From the human T2T-CHM13v2.0 reference genome, Homo sapiens, in the NCBI RefSeq assembly GCF_009914755.1, contig NC_060931.1: DNA of 64,000 bases. The stretch is one strand, 5' to 3'. Shown piece by piece: positions 26,138-41,376 of this stretch. The position numbers and the translations under genes are program-made. The notes below the pieces were generated by a model. It was not told the origin of the DNA. It saw only the letters and a list, made by a program, of their open reading frames with translations, and did no database searches. The first letter of the stretch is position 1. Each line of letters begins with the position of its first letter.

Positions 26138-29100
26138 CCTATATGGTATTGGCAGAGGGGTAGATGCATAAATCAGTGGAAGAGAACAGAGAACCCAGAA
26201 ATAGACCCATACAAAATATGTCCAATTGACATATTTGGCAGAGGCACAAAAGCAATTCAGTGAAGGAAAGAAAGGAAAGATCCACTTTCAACAAATGGTG
26301 CTGGAGTAATGAACATCCATATGCAAACAAACAAACAAACAAACAGAATCTTGACCTAAATTTCATTCAAAATGGATCAGTTAGATATAAAATGCAAAAC
26401 TCTTAACCTTTACAAAAAATACAGGAGAAAATCTTTATCTCTAGGGCTAGGCAAAGAATCCTTAGACTTGACACCAAAAGCACAATCAATAGGAGAAAAA
26501 TGGACATACTGGACTTCATAAAAAATTTAAAATTTTTCTATGCAAAAGACCCTGTTTAAGAGAATGAAAAGGCAAGCTACAGACTGGGAAAATTTTTTGC
26601 AAGCCATATATATGAAAAGTAATTAGCATTTATAATATATAAAGAACACCCTAAGATCCAAAATTCATAAAACAAACAATTCAAATAGAAATGGAGCAAA
26701 ATACATAAAGACACGTTTCACATATGGACGGCAAATAAGCACAAAAAGATGTACATCATCATTAGCCAATAGGGAAATGTAAATTAAAACCATAATGATA
26801 TATCACTACATATGTGTAAGAATGAGTAACATAAAAAATAGTGACAATACCAAATGCAGGTGAGAATACAGATAAACCTAATTTTGGTTGTGCTTAGGTT
26901 GTATCCATTGACTACTGAGTATGTAGCAGAAGGAAATTTGCATAGTTTCATTCATTCAACAAATATGATATTGAATCAACTCCATATTCCAGGAAGTAGG
27001 CACCTGGGATACAGATAGGAAATACATAATGGGCATGGGAAAACAGTAGAAAACAAGGTCATTCGCTGAGCATGAAAGGGGGAGAGGAGGTTTGCGATAA
27101 CTGGAGAGAGAAGATATAAAACAGGCGTCAAGGGGTTAGCAAAAGTAAGGCTCAAGAACTAAATCAGGATCTGTGGCCTATTTTTGTACCAGTAATGTGA
27201 AAAGGACAGTGTTTTCCCCCAGCTTTCCCGCAGCAGTTTAAGCTAAGAGAGTTTAAGACTTACAGGGGAGATAAGGAAGAGGGGGGTGGGTGGGTTTCAT
27301 GCCTTTCTCTAAGTGGCTGCTGTTCTCCCAGGCTTTACCATGGAGGATGCTTTCTGAGCACTCTTGCTAATCTTTTGTCAGCACCTTATGAGCTCTGTGT
27401 AAAAATGTCTGTAAGCAATTGCAGATTCCCTTGCTAACCCATACTAGGCATTTACCGACTGACTGGTGAACAATTTGAGCTGAGTTCTTTACCATTGTGT
27501 CTAGTGGCATGACCCGTATAATTAAATGCTTGTTTCTGTTCTTGCACATGGTTTTTCTTTTTAATTTATTTTGGGTTATTTGATTGTCCTGTGACCTCAG
27601 CTCCCTGACTGCTTCAGGAAAAGTTGTCAATTTGAAGACTGTCTGGCTTTTGTTGTTGTTGCTGCTGACATTGCTGGAAGGCCATGAGCAATGTTCTTTT
27701 TGGCTTTCTACATCCAAGGGAAAGCTGACCCAACATGATTAAATCCAACTCTCCATTTTCTCCGTGTTTATACTTGGGAATCTGATTATAGCTGGAGAAA
27801 CACAATTCTGTTGGCTGGTTTTGTTCTCAGTTCAAGACCATCAACCTCAAATGAAGCCCTTGGTGCTGCCCAAGAAACTCACATTATATCCCTAGTCTAT
27901 TCATTCTGTTAGAAAAGAGATCAGCAAGCTTTTCCTATAAAGAGCCAGACGATAAGTATTTTAGGCTTTGTGAGATAGTCTCTGTCTCATACTCTTTAAT
28001 GTGTTTACATTTACCCCCAGGTTTGTATATGCATGTTTGGTTTGTTTATCTATTCATTCATGCATTTGTTTGATATTTATCCTTTTTGATGTTCTCTGAG
28101 TTTCTTGGATCTGTGGTTTGGTATCTGTCACTAATTTTGGAAAATTCTCAGTCATTTATTTTTCAAATGTTTATTCTTCCTCATCCTTTCCTCTCCCACT
28201 GGGATTCTAATTACGCATGTATTAGAATATTTGATATGGTGTCACAGCTCTTAGATGCTCTTATTGTTTCCTTCCTCCACTTATTTTTCTCTTTGCATTC
28301 CTATTGACCTATCTTCATACTCACTGATTATTTCTTCTGCTGTGCTGTGTCTGCTGATGAGCCCATCTAAGGCATTTTTTACTTCTTGTTTTTATTTCCA
28401 GCATTTCCCTTTGATTCTTATAGTGTCCAACTCTCTGCTAAAATTATCTATCTGATCTTGCGTATCATCTGTCTTTTCCATTTGGGTGTTTAAAATATTA
28501 ATCATAGTTACTTAAATCTCCTGTCCAGTTGTTCCAGTATCTGTATCTTCTTGGGGTCTGGATGATGACTGCTCTGTCTCTTCGGACTGTGCTTTTTCTT
28601 ACCTTTAGGTATGCCTCATAATCTTTGCTGAAAGTTAGACATGTTGTATAAGACAGTAGACATAGAGGTCAGTATTTTTATGCTTGAAAATAAGAACATC
28701 TTTCTTACTGTTAGGTCTTTATTGTAGGTATTTGTGTTAATCTAGTTAGGGTGGGCGGGATTTGAAGTTTGTAATTGCTGTAGTTACCAAAGCTGGAGTT
28801 TGTTGCTGCTATGGATACTAGCGATTTCAAATTCCTCTAGTGGTACCCTGTTTTGAACTTGGTTTTGGGCTGTCCTTTGTGCTGCTCCCTAGAAAGAAAA
28901 TGCCTTGCAAAACTCACTCAGTCACATTCCACTGTGATTTTTACCAAAGGCTTGTTAATGTAATGGGCGAAGAGTGGCAGGTTTTCTGATGTTCCAGTTA
29001 AGCCTCAATCTTAGACAGGTACTGTGAATTTGGGACTTGGGGGCTGTACCCTTCATAAGTGTTCCCTTCTCAAGGAATATGATTGTTTTTTAACATTTAG

Positions 29101-29724
29101 GTTTTTTTTTTTCTTTTTTCCTGCCTGTTCTCTTTCACCAGCTTCACTGGATACCCACCAGTGTCCTCAGACAATGGGTTTGATACCGTTCTCCCTGCAG
29201 ATCATGGCTTTCTTTTCCTTAGGAGAGATTTCACAACTTGGGTGTGAGCAGAGTCTGAGCAATGATTGCTTTTCCTGTCCCCTAGCCAGCACCATAGGGA
29301 AAGCTTTCTCTAAATGCTTCCCCAATCTTCCCTGACAGAGCCTGCTCGCCTTCACATTTCATGCCAGCTCACACTAAGCCTGTAGCAGTTCATTAAAAAT
29401 TTCTGGTTTAATCTTTGTACCAGCTTATATGGCATTCAAAAGCATCTATCTCAGTCAAGCCGTTCCTATTCCAGAATGCTCAGTTCCTGTTGCTTTCTGC
29501 AGGCACCTGTCCTTGAAATTTTGCGTTGGTTGTCCTCTGACCTCAGTTTTCTGAAGGGTTCAAGAAAAGGTGTTATCTTGCAGTTTGTTCAGCTATTTTC
29601 CTTGTAGGAATGACAGTGTCATCATTCCAGCTCTCTTCATCATCAAACTGACACCTGAAGCCTCCAGAAGCTAAATATATAAAGAATTAAGAGTTCTTTA
29701 TATATTAGGTGTATTAGCCCTTTA

Positions 29725-30050
<326 letters not shown>

Positions 30051-30386
30051 CAAATATCTTCTCCCAGTTTATCAACTGTCTTTCGATTTTGTTTATTTTC
30101 TTTTTTAAACTCTGCCCAGTTTTGCCTTTCCCATAGAAACCCCAATAAAAGTGAGGGCCTAGGCTTTACCCTCAGTCCTGCTTCCGCCTGTCCAAACTGT
30201 ATCTCTCCTGTAGCTCTGTGTGATGTGACTTGTCCTCTTCTCCAAGGAAGTATTAGTCATAAATTCTTCTTTCAGCGGCACTGATCTATCTGTGTCATCA
30301 CTCAGTCAACCGCATAAATTAAGACCTAGGCACAGAACAACTCTGTTTCTGTTTCTATAAAATTCTAGAAAATGCAAACTAAACCA

Positions 30387-30692
<306 letters not shown>

Positions 30693-32742
30693 AGAAAATG
30701 CAAACTAAACCATAATGACAAAAAGAATATTAGTGGTTTCCTAGGGATGGGATGTGGGCAAAGAGAGACAAAGGAAGGAGGGATTACCAAGGAGCACAGG
30801 GAAACTTCGGGATGAGGGATATGCTCATTATCTTGACTGGTGATGGTTTTGCAGGTGGGCCAAAACTAATCAAACTTTACACTTCATCTATATGACCAGC
30901 TATCATATGTCAATTATCCCTCAATAAAGCTGTTTTAAAAACATTTAGGGTATATCTACTGGAAAGTAAAACTGCTTTTAATTACAGACTATATCATCAT
31001 GTACATAGAAAAATCCAAAGGATTCTGCAAAAAAGCTACTAGAACCACTGACTTCATCAAGATGCAGGTACAAAGTTAATATTCAAAATCAACTATATTT
31101 CTATACGAGAGCAACAAAAAATGGAAAAATGAAAAATTTTTAAATAATACCATTTATAATAGACTACTGGGGCAGACTGTACATTAAAAAAATACAAAAC
31201 ATTGCTGAGACTAATTAAAAATAATCAACAAAATGGAGATCTATACCATGATCGTGGATTAGAAAATTCAATATTATTAAGATGTCAATTCTTCCCAAAT
31301 ACATGTACAAATCCAACATAATCCCAACCAAAATCCCAGGATTTTTTTGAGAAATTAATAAGCTGACCCTAACATTTAGATAGAAATGCAATTTTAAAAA
31401 GGAAAAACAAAGTTGGAGAACTACCTACTTTCAAGATTTATTGTAAAGTTACAGTAATCAAGACAGTGTGGTATTGACATAATTATAGATCAAGAGAATA
31501 ATAGAGTCCAGAAACAGATTCATATTTAATGTGATCAATCAATTTTCAATGAATGTACGGAGACAATTAATTCAATGGGGGAAAAGACAGTTACCACAAT
31601 GGAGCATTTCTGAAAATGTTTTGTAACTCAATTGTGGTGATGGATATATAGCTTCATATATTTGTCAAAACTCAGAGAATGGTACACTCAAAATTGGCAC
31701 ATTTTATTACATGTAAGTCATACCTCAAAAAAGCTGATTTGGTGACAAAGTTTTATATATGTTGTTGATAGAAGAAAAAATCCAAATACTTATTAAACGT
31801 GGAAATATATTTATCCCCATAAATAATAAGGGAAGTACAAATTAAAACAAAAAAGCATATCACAGCCATCATAAGAGTAAAAATCACAGGGTCTGACAAT
31901 TCAAAATCTAATAAGGATATGAGAAAATTCTAGACAGCAGTGTGAACTGCCACATTTGCTTCAGACAGCAATTTAGCAGTATCTGGTAAAGCTGAAAAAT
32001 CACACACTCTATAACAGCAATTCCACTTCTAGGTATATATCCTAGACAAAATATTGCACATACACAGAAGAAAACCATACAAAAGTGTACATTTTAGATT
32101 ACATTGCTTGTAATCAAAAAATTGGAAATAATATATTAAGATGGGGAAATACATAAACTTTAGAATTCATAAAATGGTTAAAATTAAAGAAATATATATA
32201 TACAGAAAGTTCAAAAATACAATTTTGAAGAAAAAATCCTACAGTGACACATTCAGTATGAGATCATTTATGTGGACTTAAAGCACATAATAAAACAATC
32301 TCTAAAAACAGAGATTGGATGGATACACACACCAAATTTTAATAAAGGTATAAGTTGGACTAGAAGCAGAACAAAGGTGATTTTAACTGTATTTATAATA
32401 TTTTAATTATTTTAAAATAGCTGATGCAAAAATGACAAAGATTAGCGTTTATTTTAGATGGTTGATCACACATATTTGAATATTATTTTCTAAGTCTCTG
32501 TAGTTTTAAGCATTTCAAAATCTAAAGAATAATAATTTTTAAAAGCTATAAAAATATGAATAAAGGACTAGAAAGCAGTAACTTTTCATTAATATGCTGG
32601 ATTCTGAGACAACTTTAAACTCAACAGTAGTATTTACCATGGTGTCAAATTTAGCATTTATCTTGAGTTCACAAACTGAGTTCACTAATTTTGTCTCCGT
32701 TTTTCAAATTTCTAGCATTTATAGACTACTATAACAACCATA

Positions 32743-34397
32743 CTCTCCCTCTCCCCTCTCCCCTCTCCACGGTCTCCCTCTCCCTCTCTCTCTCCACAGT
32801 CTCCCTCTGATGCCGAGCGGAGGCTGGACTGTACAGCCACCATCTCGGCTCACTGCAACATCCCTGCCTGATTCTCCTGCCTCAGCCTGCCGAGTGCCTG
32901 GGATTGCAGGCTCGCACCGCCACGCCTGACTGGTTTTTGTATTTTTTGGTGGAGAAGGGGTTTCGCCATGTTGGCTGGGCTGGTCTCCAGCTCCTGACCG
33001 CAAGTGATCTGCCCGCCTCGGCCTCCCGAGGTGCCAGGATTGCAGACGGAGTCTCGCTCACTCAGTGCTCAATGTTGCCCAGGCTGGAGTGCAGTGGCGT
33101 GATCTCAGCTCGCTACAACCTCCACCTCCCAGCCGCCTGCCTTGGCCTCCCAAAGTGCTGAGATTGCAGCCTCTGCCCGGCCGCCACCCCGTCTGGGAAG
33201 TGAGGAGCGTCTCTGCCTGGCCGCCCATCGTCTGGGATGTGAGGAGCCCCTCTGCCCGGCCGCCCAGTCTGAGATGTGAAGAGCGCCTCTGCCCGGCCGC
33301 GACCCCGTCTGGGAACTGAGGAGTGTCTCTGCCTGGTCACCCATCGTCTGGGATGTGAGGAGCCCCTCTGCCCGGCCGCCCAGTCTGGGAAATGAGGAGC
33401 GCCTCTTCCTGGCCACCATCCCGTCTGGGAAGTGAGGCGCGTCTCTGCCCGGCCGCCCATCGTCTGAGATGTGGGGAGCGCCTCTGCCCGGCCGCAACCC
33501 CGTCTGGGAACTGAGGAGTGTCTCTGCCCGACCGCCACCCCGTCTGGGAGGTGAGGAACGTTTCTGCCCAGCCGCCCGTCTGAGAAGTGAGGAGCCCCTC
33601 CGCCTGGCAGCCGCCCCATCTGGGAAGTGAGGAGCCCCTCCGCCCGGCAGCCGCCCCGTCCGGGAGGTGGGGGGCAGCCCCCACCCGGCCAGCCACCCCG
33701 CACGGGAGGGAGGTGGGGCCAGCCCCTGCCTGGCCAGCCGCCCCATTCGGGAGGTGGGGGGCAGCCCCTGCCCGGCAGCCACCCCGTCCGGGAGGTGGGG
33801 GGCGCCTCTGCCCGGCTGCCCCATCTGGGAAGTGAGGAGCCCCTCTGCCCGGCAGCCACCCCGTCTGGGAGGTGTGCCCAACAGCTCATTGAGAACGGGC
33901 CATGATGACGATGGCGGTTTTGTCGAATAGAAAGGGGGGAAATGTGGGGAAAAGAAAGAGAAATCAGATTGTTGCGGCGTCTGTGTAGAAAGAAGTAGAT
34001 ATAGGAGACTCCATTTTGTTCTGTACTAAGAAAAATTCTTCTGCCTTGGGATGCTGTTAATCTATAACCTTACCCCCAACCCCGTGCTCTCTGAAACATG
34101 TGCTGTGTCCACTCAGGGTTAAATGGATTAAGGGCGGTGCAAGATGTGCTTTGTTAAACAGATGCTTGAAGGCAGCATGCTCGTTAAGAGTCATCACCAC
34201 TCCCTAATCTCAAGTACCCAGGGACACAAACACTGCGGAAGGCTGCAGGGTCCTCTGCCTAGGAAAACCAGAGACCCTTGTTCACATGTTTATCTGCTGA
34301 CCTTCCCTCCACTATTGTCCTATGACCCTGCCAAATCCCCCTCTCCAAAAAACACCCAAGAATGATCAATAAATACTAAAAAAAAAAAAAACAAAAA
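32743..34397 (+). mobile_element. Full-length SVA retrotransposon
   Basis: CCCTCT-type hexamer head, antisense Alu-like domain, GC-rich VNTR (~33170-33875), SINE-R, AATAAA at 34368-34373 and poly(A). TSD AACAACCATA at 32733-32742 and 34398-34407. Confidence 0.97.
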
Positions 34398-34868
34398 AAC
34401 AACCATAGTCTTTTAGGCTAAGTGTTGGAAGATAGTAATAGATTTCCGGCTGTGTGACTAAATAAATCTTACTTTACTAACGTAAGTCCAAGATAACTAT
34501 TCAAGCTCATCACTCTCACTGTCCCTTCACGTGGTCATCGTGCCCACCTACGAGGTATCCAAAGCCAAAAGCCCATCCCCATTTAGAACCTTTTTGGCTC
34601 CCATGACTCTCTTTTCCATTTGGCTTGTCTATTACCCTGGCTATTATTTACACACTAAAGTTCATTCTTTGAGTTCATGAGAGAACAGTTTCTGGGGTCT
34701 TTAAATTTTAAGAGAGGAACTTATGATATTCTGCTCAACTATAAGGATACACACAACTAATAAACGTGAAAGGTCCCCTCCCTTTCTTAAAAAGATTGTG
34801 CTTACTATTTTTATCTGATAAAGAGGATCACTCTATAAATATATTATTTGTCTCAAATTATGACTCAC

Positions 34869-35003
34869 CTCTGGATAAAGATGGAAGCATTTTACTGCAT
34901 TAATTCCAAGAGGATTTCAGTAAGCCTGTCATTCATTATCGTCCCCAGTCCTTCCAAAAATGAAGGTGCTTCAATATTGGTCTCGAAGTAGGAATAAAAG
35001 TCC
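34869..35003 (-). pseudogene. DPY19L2-type exon 4 (two small deletions)
   Basis: Minus strand: poly-T aaaag|[48 protein letters not shown]|gtgagt. Needs a 2-nt and a 1-nt deletion relative to recalled [46 protein letters not shown]. Confidence 0.9.
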
Positions 35004-37104
35004 CTTTTAAAAAAAAAAAAAAAAAAGAAGGCACATGTTGTCAATGTAATTAAAACTTTAAAATATTTATTTTTATCACTTCTTTAGAACATTTTTTTCT
35101 GAAAAAAAAGGTCAATAATAAGACTTCCTAATTACGCCTCGCTATTTTGCATTCTTGGACTTTAAAAAGCACGTATTTTCAGGTGATCACTGTACTATTC
35201 TTTCAAGTTTTCTATAGGCTTTCAAACTAAAGAGTTGGAGGGATGGTCGAATGATTTAAAGAGTTTCTCTAATAATGTCTTAAAATGTGTAGACAGTATA
35301 TGTTCAATTTTCCCAAATCTGGTTTTATCCCCCACATTTGAGATGCTTGAAGGTTGACATCTGATTAATTCTGTCATAAACAGGGATGCCTTCATGCCTC
35401 TGTACAACTTTGCATATAGAAAATTACTTCTTTTTTTCCCATGCTCTTAGGAAATAAAATATAATGACCATAAGCATCATGAGCAAGGAATCCAGTGCTT
35501 CTAGCTTAATTCATAGCTCCATCTAATCCTCTGTGCTAAGTGAAAGCTCAGTGTTGATTGACTATTGTTGCTCACAAATACTATGTACTAAAAAGCAGAT
35601 TATTTTAGTGTCTTACACTTCAGCATATAAAATAAAGGCTTCATTAGGATAGTAAAAGTGCTGTTGAGTTAAAATTCATGGATTAACAATAGCATGTTAT
35701 GTCTTATTTCCCCATCAATTTCTTGCTTTCGCTCCTAAAATCTAAAAGCAAAAAAGGGCCACATTGTTTAAAATGCATTCTCCCTAAAAAATGCTATATG
35801 CTATAATCATATCTGCCTCATCCAACACGAGTAACTACTAAATTAAACGTCTGTTTTAGCTGATGTCTGAAAGGCCATTACCTCATAGTTGATTGGCAAA
35901 ATATGAGTTCATAAAGAATTTTCCTTTCTGCTTAGGAGGATAAAGCAATACAATAATTAAAGGATATCTAATATGCAAAAGTCTATATTTAGGGAAATAT
36001 TAAATATTCTCTTTAAAATGTTCAAATGTCATACATATGTTAATGTATCCAATGCTTTGAAACTTTATAGGGGCAATATAGGGATGAAAATTAAAAAGCA
36101 GTGACTGAGGGGCCTGGCATAGGCAAAATCATAGAGACAGAAAATAGAGCTGAGTGTGATTAGTGTTTAGTGGGTGGAGTTTCTGTTTGGGATAGCAAAA
36201 AGTTCTGGATGTGGACAGTGGTAATAGTTGCAAGACAACACGAATGTACTTAATGTCACTGAATTGTACGCTTAAATGATAACCATTGACATTTTTCTAT
36301 TACAAACTTAAATCTAAATTTCACCATAATTTAAACAAAAAGCAATGGCTAGAGTGAGGAGAGTCAGCTTCAATGCTTCAGTAGGCCCCCGACCAGCTGG
36401 GAGCAGATCTGGAAGATGGACGGTTGTGGTGTCTTCTAAATGTAAAATTGCACAATTTTGGTATTCGCTATCCCATTTACTCCTCACAATAATTATGTGA
36501 GATGTGTATGGCAGAAAACTCCATTTTAAAGATTAAGTATCGAAAAACAGAAAAATATTTAAAAATTATATCAAAAGTCATCTCTTAAAAGAGATTATCT
36601 TGAAATCAAAAGAGAACCAAATAATAATCATCATCAGTAAAAGACCCAGTAAAACATGGGACCTCCCAACTGTAGCCAAAGAAAAAGCAATTTCTGATAA
36701 CATCTCATTTCATTCCCCTTTATCACTTCTTCAGTGCTTTCTTTGTCCTCCTTCCTCAGCTACTATAATTCATCTTCATTATCTTAAAAAGAAGTCTGCA
36801 TTAGGAAAGGGTGAGAGATAATGAAGTAACAGAAAAATAATCTCAAACACTTTACTATTTAAATAATAAACCTGGGTTATAGCTTATGAAACAGTGCAAT
36901 GAAGTATCATATTACAATAAGAACAAGTTTCAAAACCAACATTAAAATAAGCGATAAGTAAGAAAGCCATAAAAAAGGAAACAATAAATTGTTATAATAT
37001 TGTTTTTATAATTTGCTTACTAACTCGTATGTTTTTAGGCATTTATAATGCAGTATGGCACACACCTGAAATTCCTTAACTCAGTGGTTTTTAAACTTAA
37101 TTGT

Positions 37105-37404
<300 letters not shown>

Positions 37405-38222
37405 TTAATTGTATATCTAAAATTCTTGTGGCTTGTTTCACCCTTCCTTCCATCCCAGGCCTCTAAATCAGAACAGAGGCAGGTTAGTGTTTGTTTTTTA
37501 AGTTTCAAGTGATTCTAATGTACCAGCCTTGGGAAATACCTCCGTAACTGTTGAAAAGGGTTCAGAATATAATTTTAAATAAAATTACTTTAGATCAAAA
37601 CAGACTTACAATAAGTATAATATCACATAAAGGATCAACTTTCAAGCGCCAAAGAATACAGGTGTGTACTTGAAGACCTTTTAGTAGTGAAACTCAGCAG
37701 CTGTAGGCAGTGAAGAAAGGAGCATATGTGATAAACAAAATTAGCTGTGGTCAACAATTATGCTATAGCTAACTTATGTAGTCAGTACTTTCCAGTGAAG
37801 TTGAAAATAAAGCAAAGTTCCATGTATTAACCCTGTTTTCCACTAACCCTTCTTTACATGTAGGACATATGCCAGGGTACCAAAAACTGCAGGAATATTC
37901 CCTAGCATTGCAGCCTCAGTTCTAATACCAAAATCTCCCTGCAGACTAAATGTCTAGAGCAGCACTGTATCAATAGAACATAGGGGCAGATCTCATACCT
38001 TCCAAGGGTAGAAATCGCTGAGCACAGGTAAAAATAAAATATTCCAGAGGGAAATATTATTTTACAAATTTTTATAAACACTTTTGTAAAATAATGTACA
38101 CAGCCTTGCACACTGAAAGAGTCAAAGCCATTTAACTCTGTATAACCACTGCAGAATCTTTATCTTCTTTTTTACCTGACTTCCAATTGGCGGGTGTTAC
38201 TAAAACTTTATCACCAAAGTTA

Positions 38223-38526
<304 letters not shown>

Positions 38527-38871
38527 GTTATTTCACTAGCAACATATAATTACCATAAAACAAAGGAGGGTTTTAAATGAACTACACATGCAAAATACAC
38601 TAGAAAAGCTAGATATTTTTAAAAACGTGGTGAATTATTTGGTAAAGCCAAAATATTTTAATTCATAAGTTACTATTCCCCCAATGCATCTATTTTGTAA
38701 ATGCTGTTTCACATATGAGGTTTGTAAAAAAGCAAAATATATGTATAAAATGGCGTACATAAAGATGTTCTACAAATATAGCCAGAAGTTATTGTTTTAC
38801 TGTATGCAAAGAGTGATGGCAATTTTTAATTCAAATGTTTTTAAATATTTCGAACTGAAACTAAATCTTAC

Positions 38872-38896
38872 CAATGTAAAATTGCCACAAAGACGG
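38872..38896 (-). pseudogene. DPY19L2-type exon 2 (25-nt micro-exon)
   Basis: Minus strand: tttctcttttccag|CCGTCTTTGTGGCAATTTTACATTG|gtaaga, encoding (A)VFVAILH(W), in phase with exon 1. Confidence 0.9.
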
Positions 38897-41089
38897 CTGG
38901 AAAAGAGAAAAGTTATTAAAAGCTGCTTTATTATAAAATACCATTAAAACAAGTATTTCAAATGTATTATTTTACATGTCTAGAAAAGATAGCACAGAAA
39001 GCAAGATGGCCAGCTAATCCTGTCTCTATGAGCATAGGAAAAAATCCAGGACACAAAGTAAATTCTGAACAGAGCTTACCTCTCTGCAGCAGGGCTTGAC
39101 AAGCAAAGGGAGAGACTTGAGAGGGTTTTTTTACTTCAGTTAATTGGTAGGAGTGATGGAATTATGGAATATTGTGACCTTTTTTGTTTTTCTTTTTAGT
39201 ATTCTATTCCTTTATATGAAATTTTTTAAAGAAGTAAATATATACAGTATGCTTCAGCTCGTTCTAACCAAGAGGAGCCACTCTAGATCAGTTTCTCTAG
39301 CATTCATCAGAAGACGATTAAATGCAGGCAATCACTTCCTCAGCAGCACATCTAAAAGCCCCATTGTGCAACTCAACCCTTGATGAATTGCAAGCTCTTT
39401 GCAAGCGCCCAGACTTAGGAACTACTAGATGGCCTAGGAGACTTATCTGGAGGCACCTGTGCCAGCACCCCATGTATACGTAAGACTTCACCAGGGAGCT
39501 GGGAGACACTGCTCTGGGTATGGAGCTTTTACCAGAGCTGCAAACGCAGCCTGTGCCCCTGTTTCGTTGGGGAATTGCTTGTTTTCAAGGGTACCATGGA
39601 GCTGGAGAGAGAAAAGTGGGGAATAGAACAAGTTAAAACACCACAGACTTTGCTGTTCTTATAGAGGTTCAGCAGCTTTTCTTGAATTAATGCCCTTTAG
39701 ATTGTTGTAAACCTTTGGTTAACTTCCAAAGTTTTGAAGAAAATGATTTTGATAATTTTCCAAGTATTTTCATTGTCATCATGGAGGAGTGCATTTCCTT
39801 GGCTATTCCAGAAGTCCTACCTCCCTTCTGAGATTTTATAATGGTATTTCTTATGGTTATCCCAAATATACTTGGCAAGTCGTCTTATAAACCACCAATA
39901 ATAGCCTCTTAAAAATTCAAAAATTACTCCTCTTGGCTAACAAAATAAATGCAAATTAATTTAATAATTGTTGAAGAAATTAAATTTTTTAAAATTAAAA
40001 AATTGCAATGTTGAAATTCTCAACCATGCTTATCCAGACCTTTTCCTATACTACTAACTGCCCTGGGCTTATCTTAAATACTTCTCAGAAGATTTACTTG
40101 TTTTACACCAGGATAGGCAAAGTATGGCCCACAGTGTATTTTTGGACTGTCTGCAAGCACAGTTGCTATAATTTTTAAAAGGCTGAAAACTTTAAATTTT
40201 TGTAAATATGCTCATTAACTGTTTATTAGGCTTCATTAATTTTAAAATATACAGAGACTATCCTATTCAACTATATTTGTATCCTATTTCTAATTCTCCT
40301 AACAATTATATACACTGGCAAAAACTCTTCAGATGATATATAAGGAAAAGGTCAAATATACTACCGAATTCATCCAGCTTTCCAAAGATGCTCAAAATCT
40401 TTCTGTGTCTCTCACTCCCTCCCTTAACCCACATACCACATCTGAAAAAAAATGATATGGTGTAACGATGCCAGTATTCTAAATGCTTGAAGGGCTTATC
40501 ACATGCCCTTTCCAAGCTGTGACAGAAGCATGTCCCTTGGACCCCGGCATCCTGTCAATCTCACCTCTGAAGGTGACCCAGTCTCATACTTCACTGAAAC
40601 AAAGACCATTAGACGCCAGCACTCCCGACTTCTTTTATCTCCACTTTAACATTTCTCCATATAGTAATCCTCACTTTTCTACTCCCTGTCATCTCAGAAA
40701 AGGAATTCTCTCTCCTCTTTTCCACAGTTAGCTTCTCAAATTTGTGCCTTTAATTCTACCCCTCCCAAATATTCCAAGACTTGCTCCACTAATTATTTCC
40801 TCTCTTGGAATCTTAATCTCATCCTCTTCCCTTGATCCCTCCCCTCAGCCTTTAAAACTCCTAGACCTTAAAACACTCTCTGTGATCTGACAGCCCTTCA
40901 AACCAATATACTCCCCATCTCTCTCCCCTGGTTCAATGGCAAGATCTTTGGCCAGCTGCTTTCTACTCGGACCTTGCTATTATTTGCTACTAGGCACCCA
41001 CAAACCGTTGCTTGTTAAACTGATCTCCTTCAAGACTTAAGAAAAGCGCCATGCGGCTCCCTCCCAGGGCTCTCCTGCCCTCTCCTCAC

Positions 41090-41376
41090 CGATGCCAAGA
41101 GTGGTCCTGCTGGAGAACTGCCGCGCCTGCAGTTCGTGCACCTTTTCCCGAAGCTGCGCCAGGAAATTATGGACGAACTGGAAGGGGCCGAGAAGAAGGG
41201 TCTTGGCCCCCAACTGTAGCTCCAAGCCTTTTTGTGCTTTCAGATTTCGGATCCTCCGCGTGGAGCACCTTGGGGCGCCCCTTGGCAGGTTCCCGCCGCA
41301 TAGGGCCGACTTTTCCACCTCTGGCTCCAGGGCGGGAAGATTGTAGCGGCTTTGAGCTTACTACTTGTTTTCTTAT
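41090..41376 (-). pseudogene. DPY19L2-type exon 1, coding part (ATG>ATA, frameshifting deletion)
   Basis: Minus strand reads [16 protein letters not shown] (DPY19L2 as recalled: MRKQGVSSKRLQSS). It then shifts frame to [13 protein letters not shown]...[47 protein letters not shown]. Donor GTGAG starts at 41089. Confidence 0.9.

Noticed and set aside
33170-33875. CRISPR-like repeat array
   Set aside because: Tandem SVA VNTR units without unique spacers, in human DNA.
33065-33930. Long overlapping ORFs up to 258 aa
   Set aside because: They lie in the GC-rich SVA VNTR, which is stop-poor in all frames; the peptides are repetitive.
36570-36830. Short matches to DPY19L2 exon 3 (minus-strand GAGATGACTTTT; plus-strand GGTGAGAGA)
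   Set aside because: Only 9-12 nt long, far apart and without splice context; compatible with chance.
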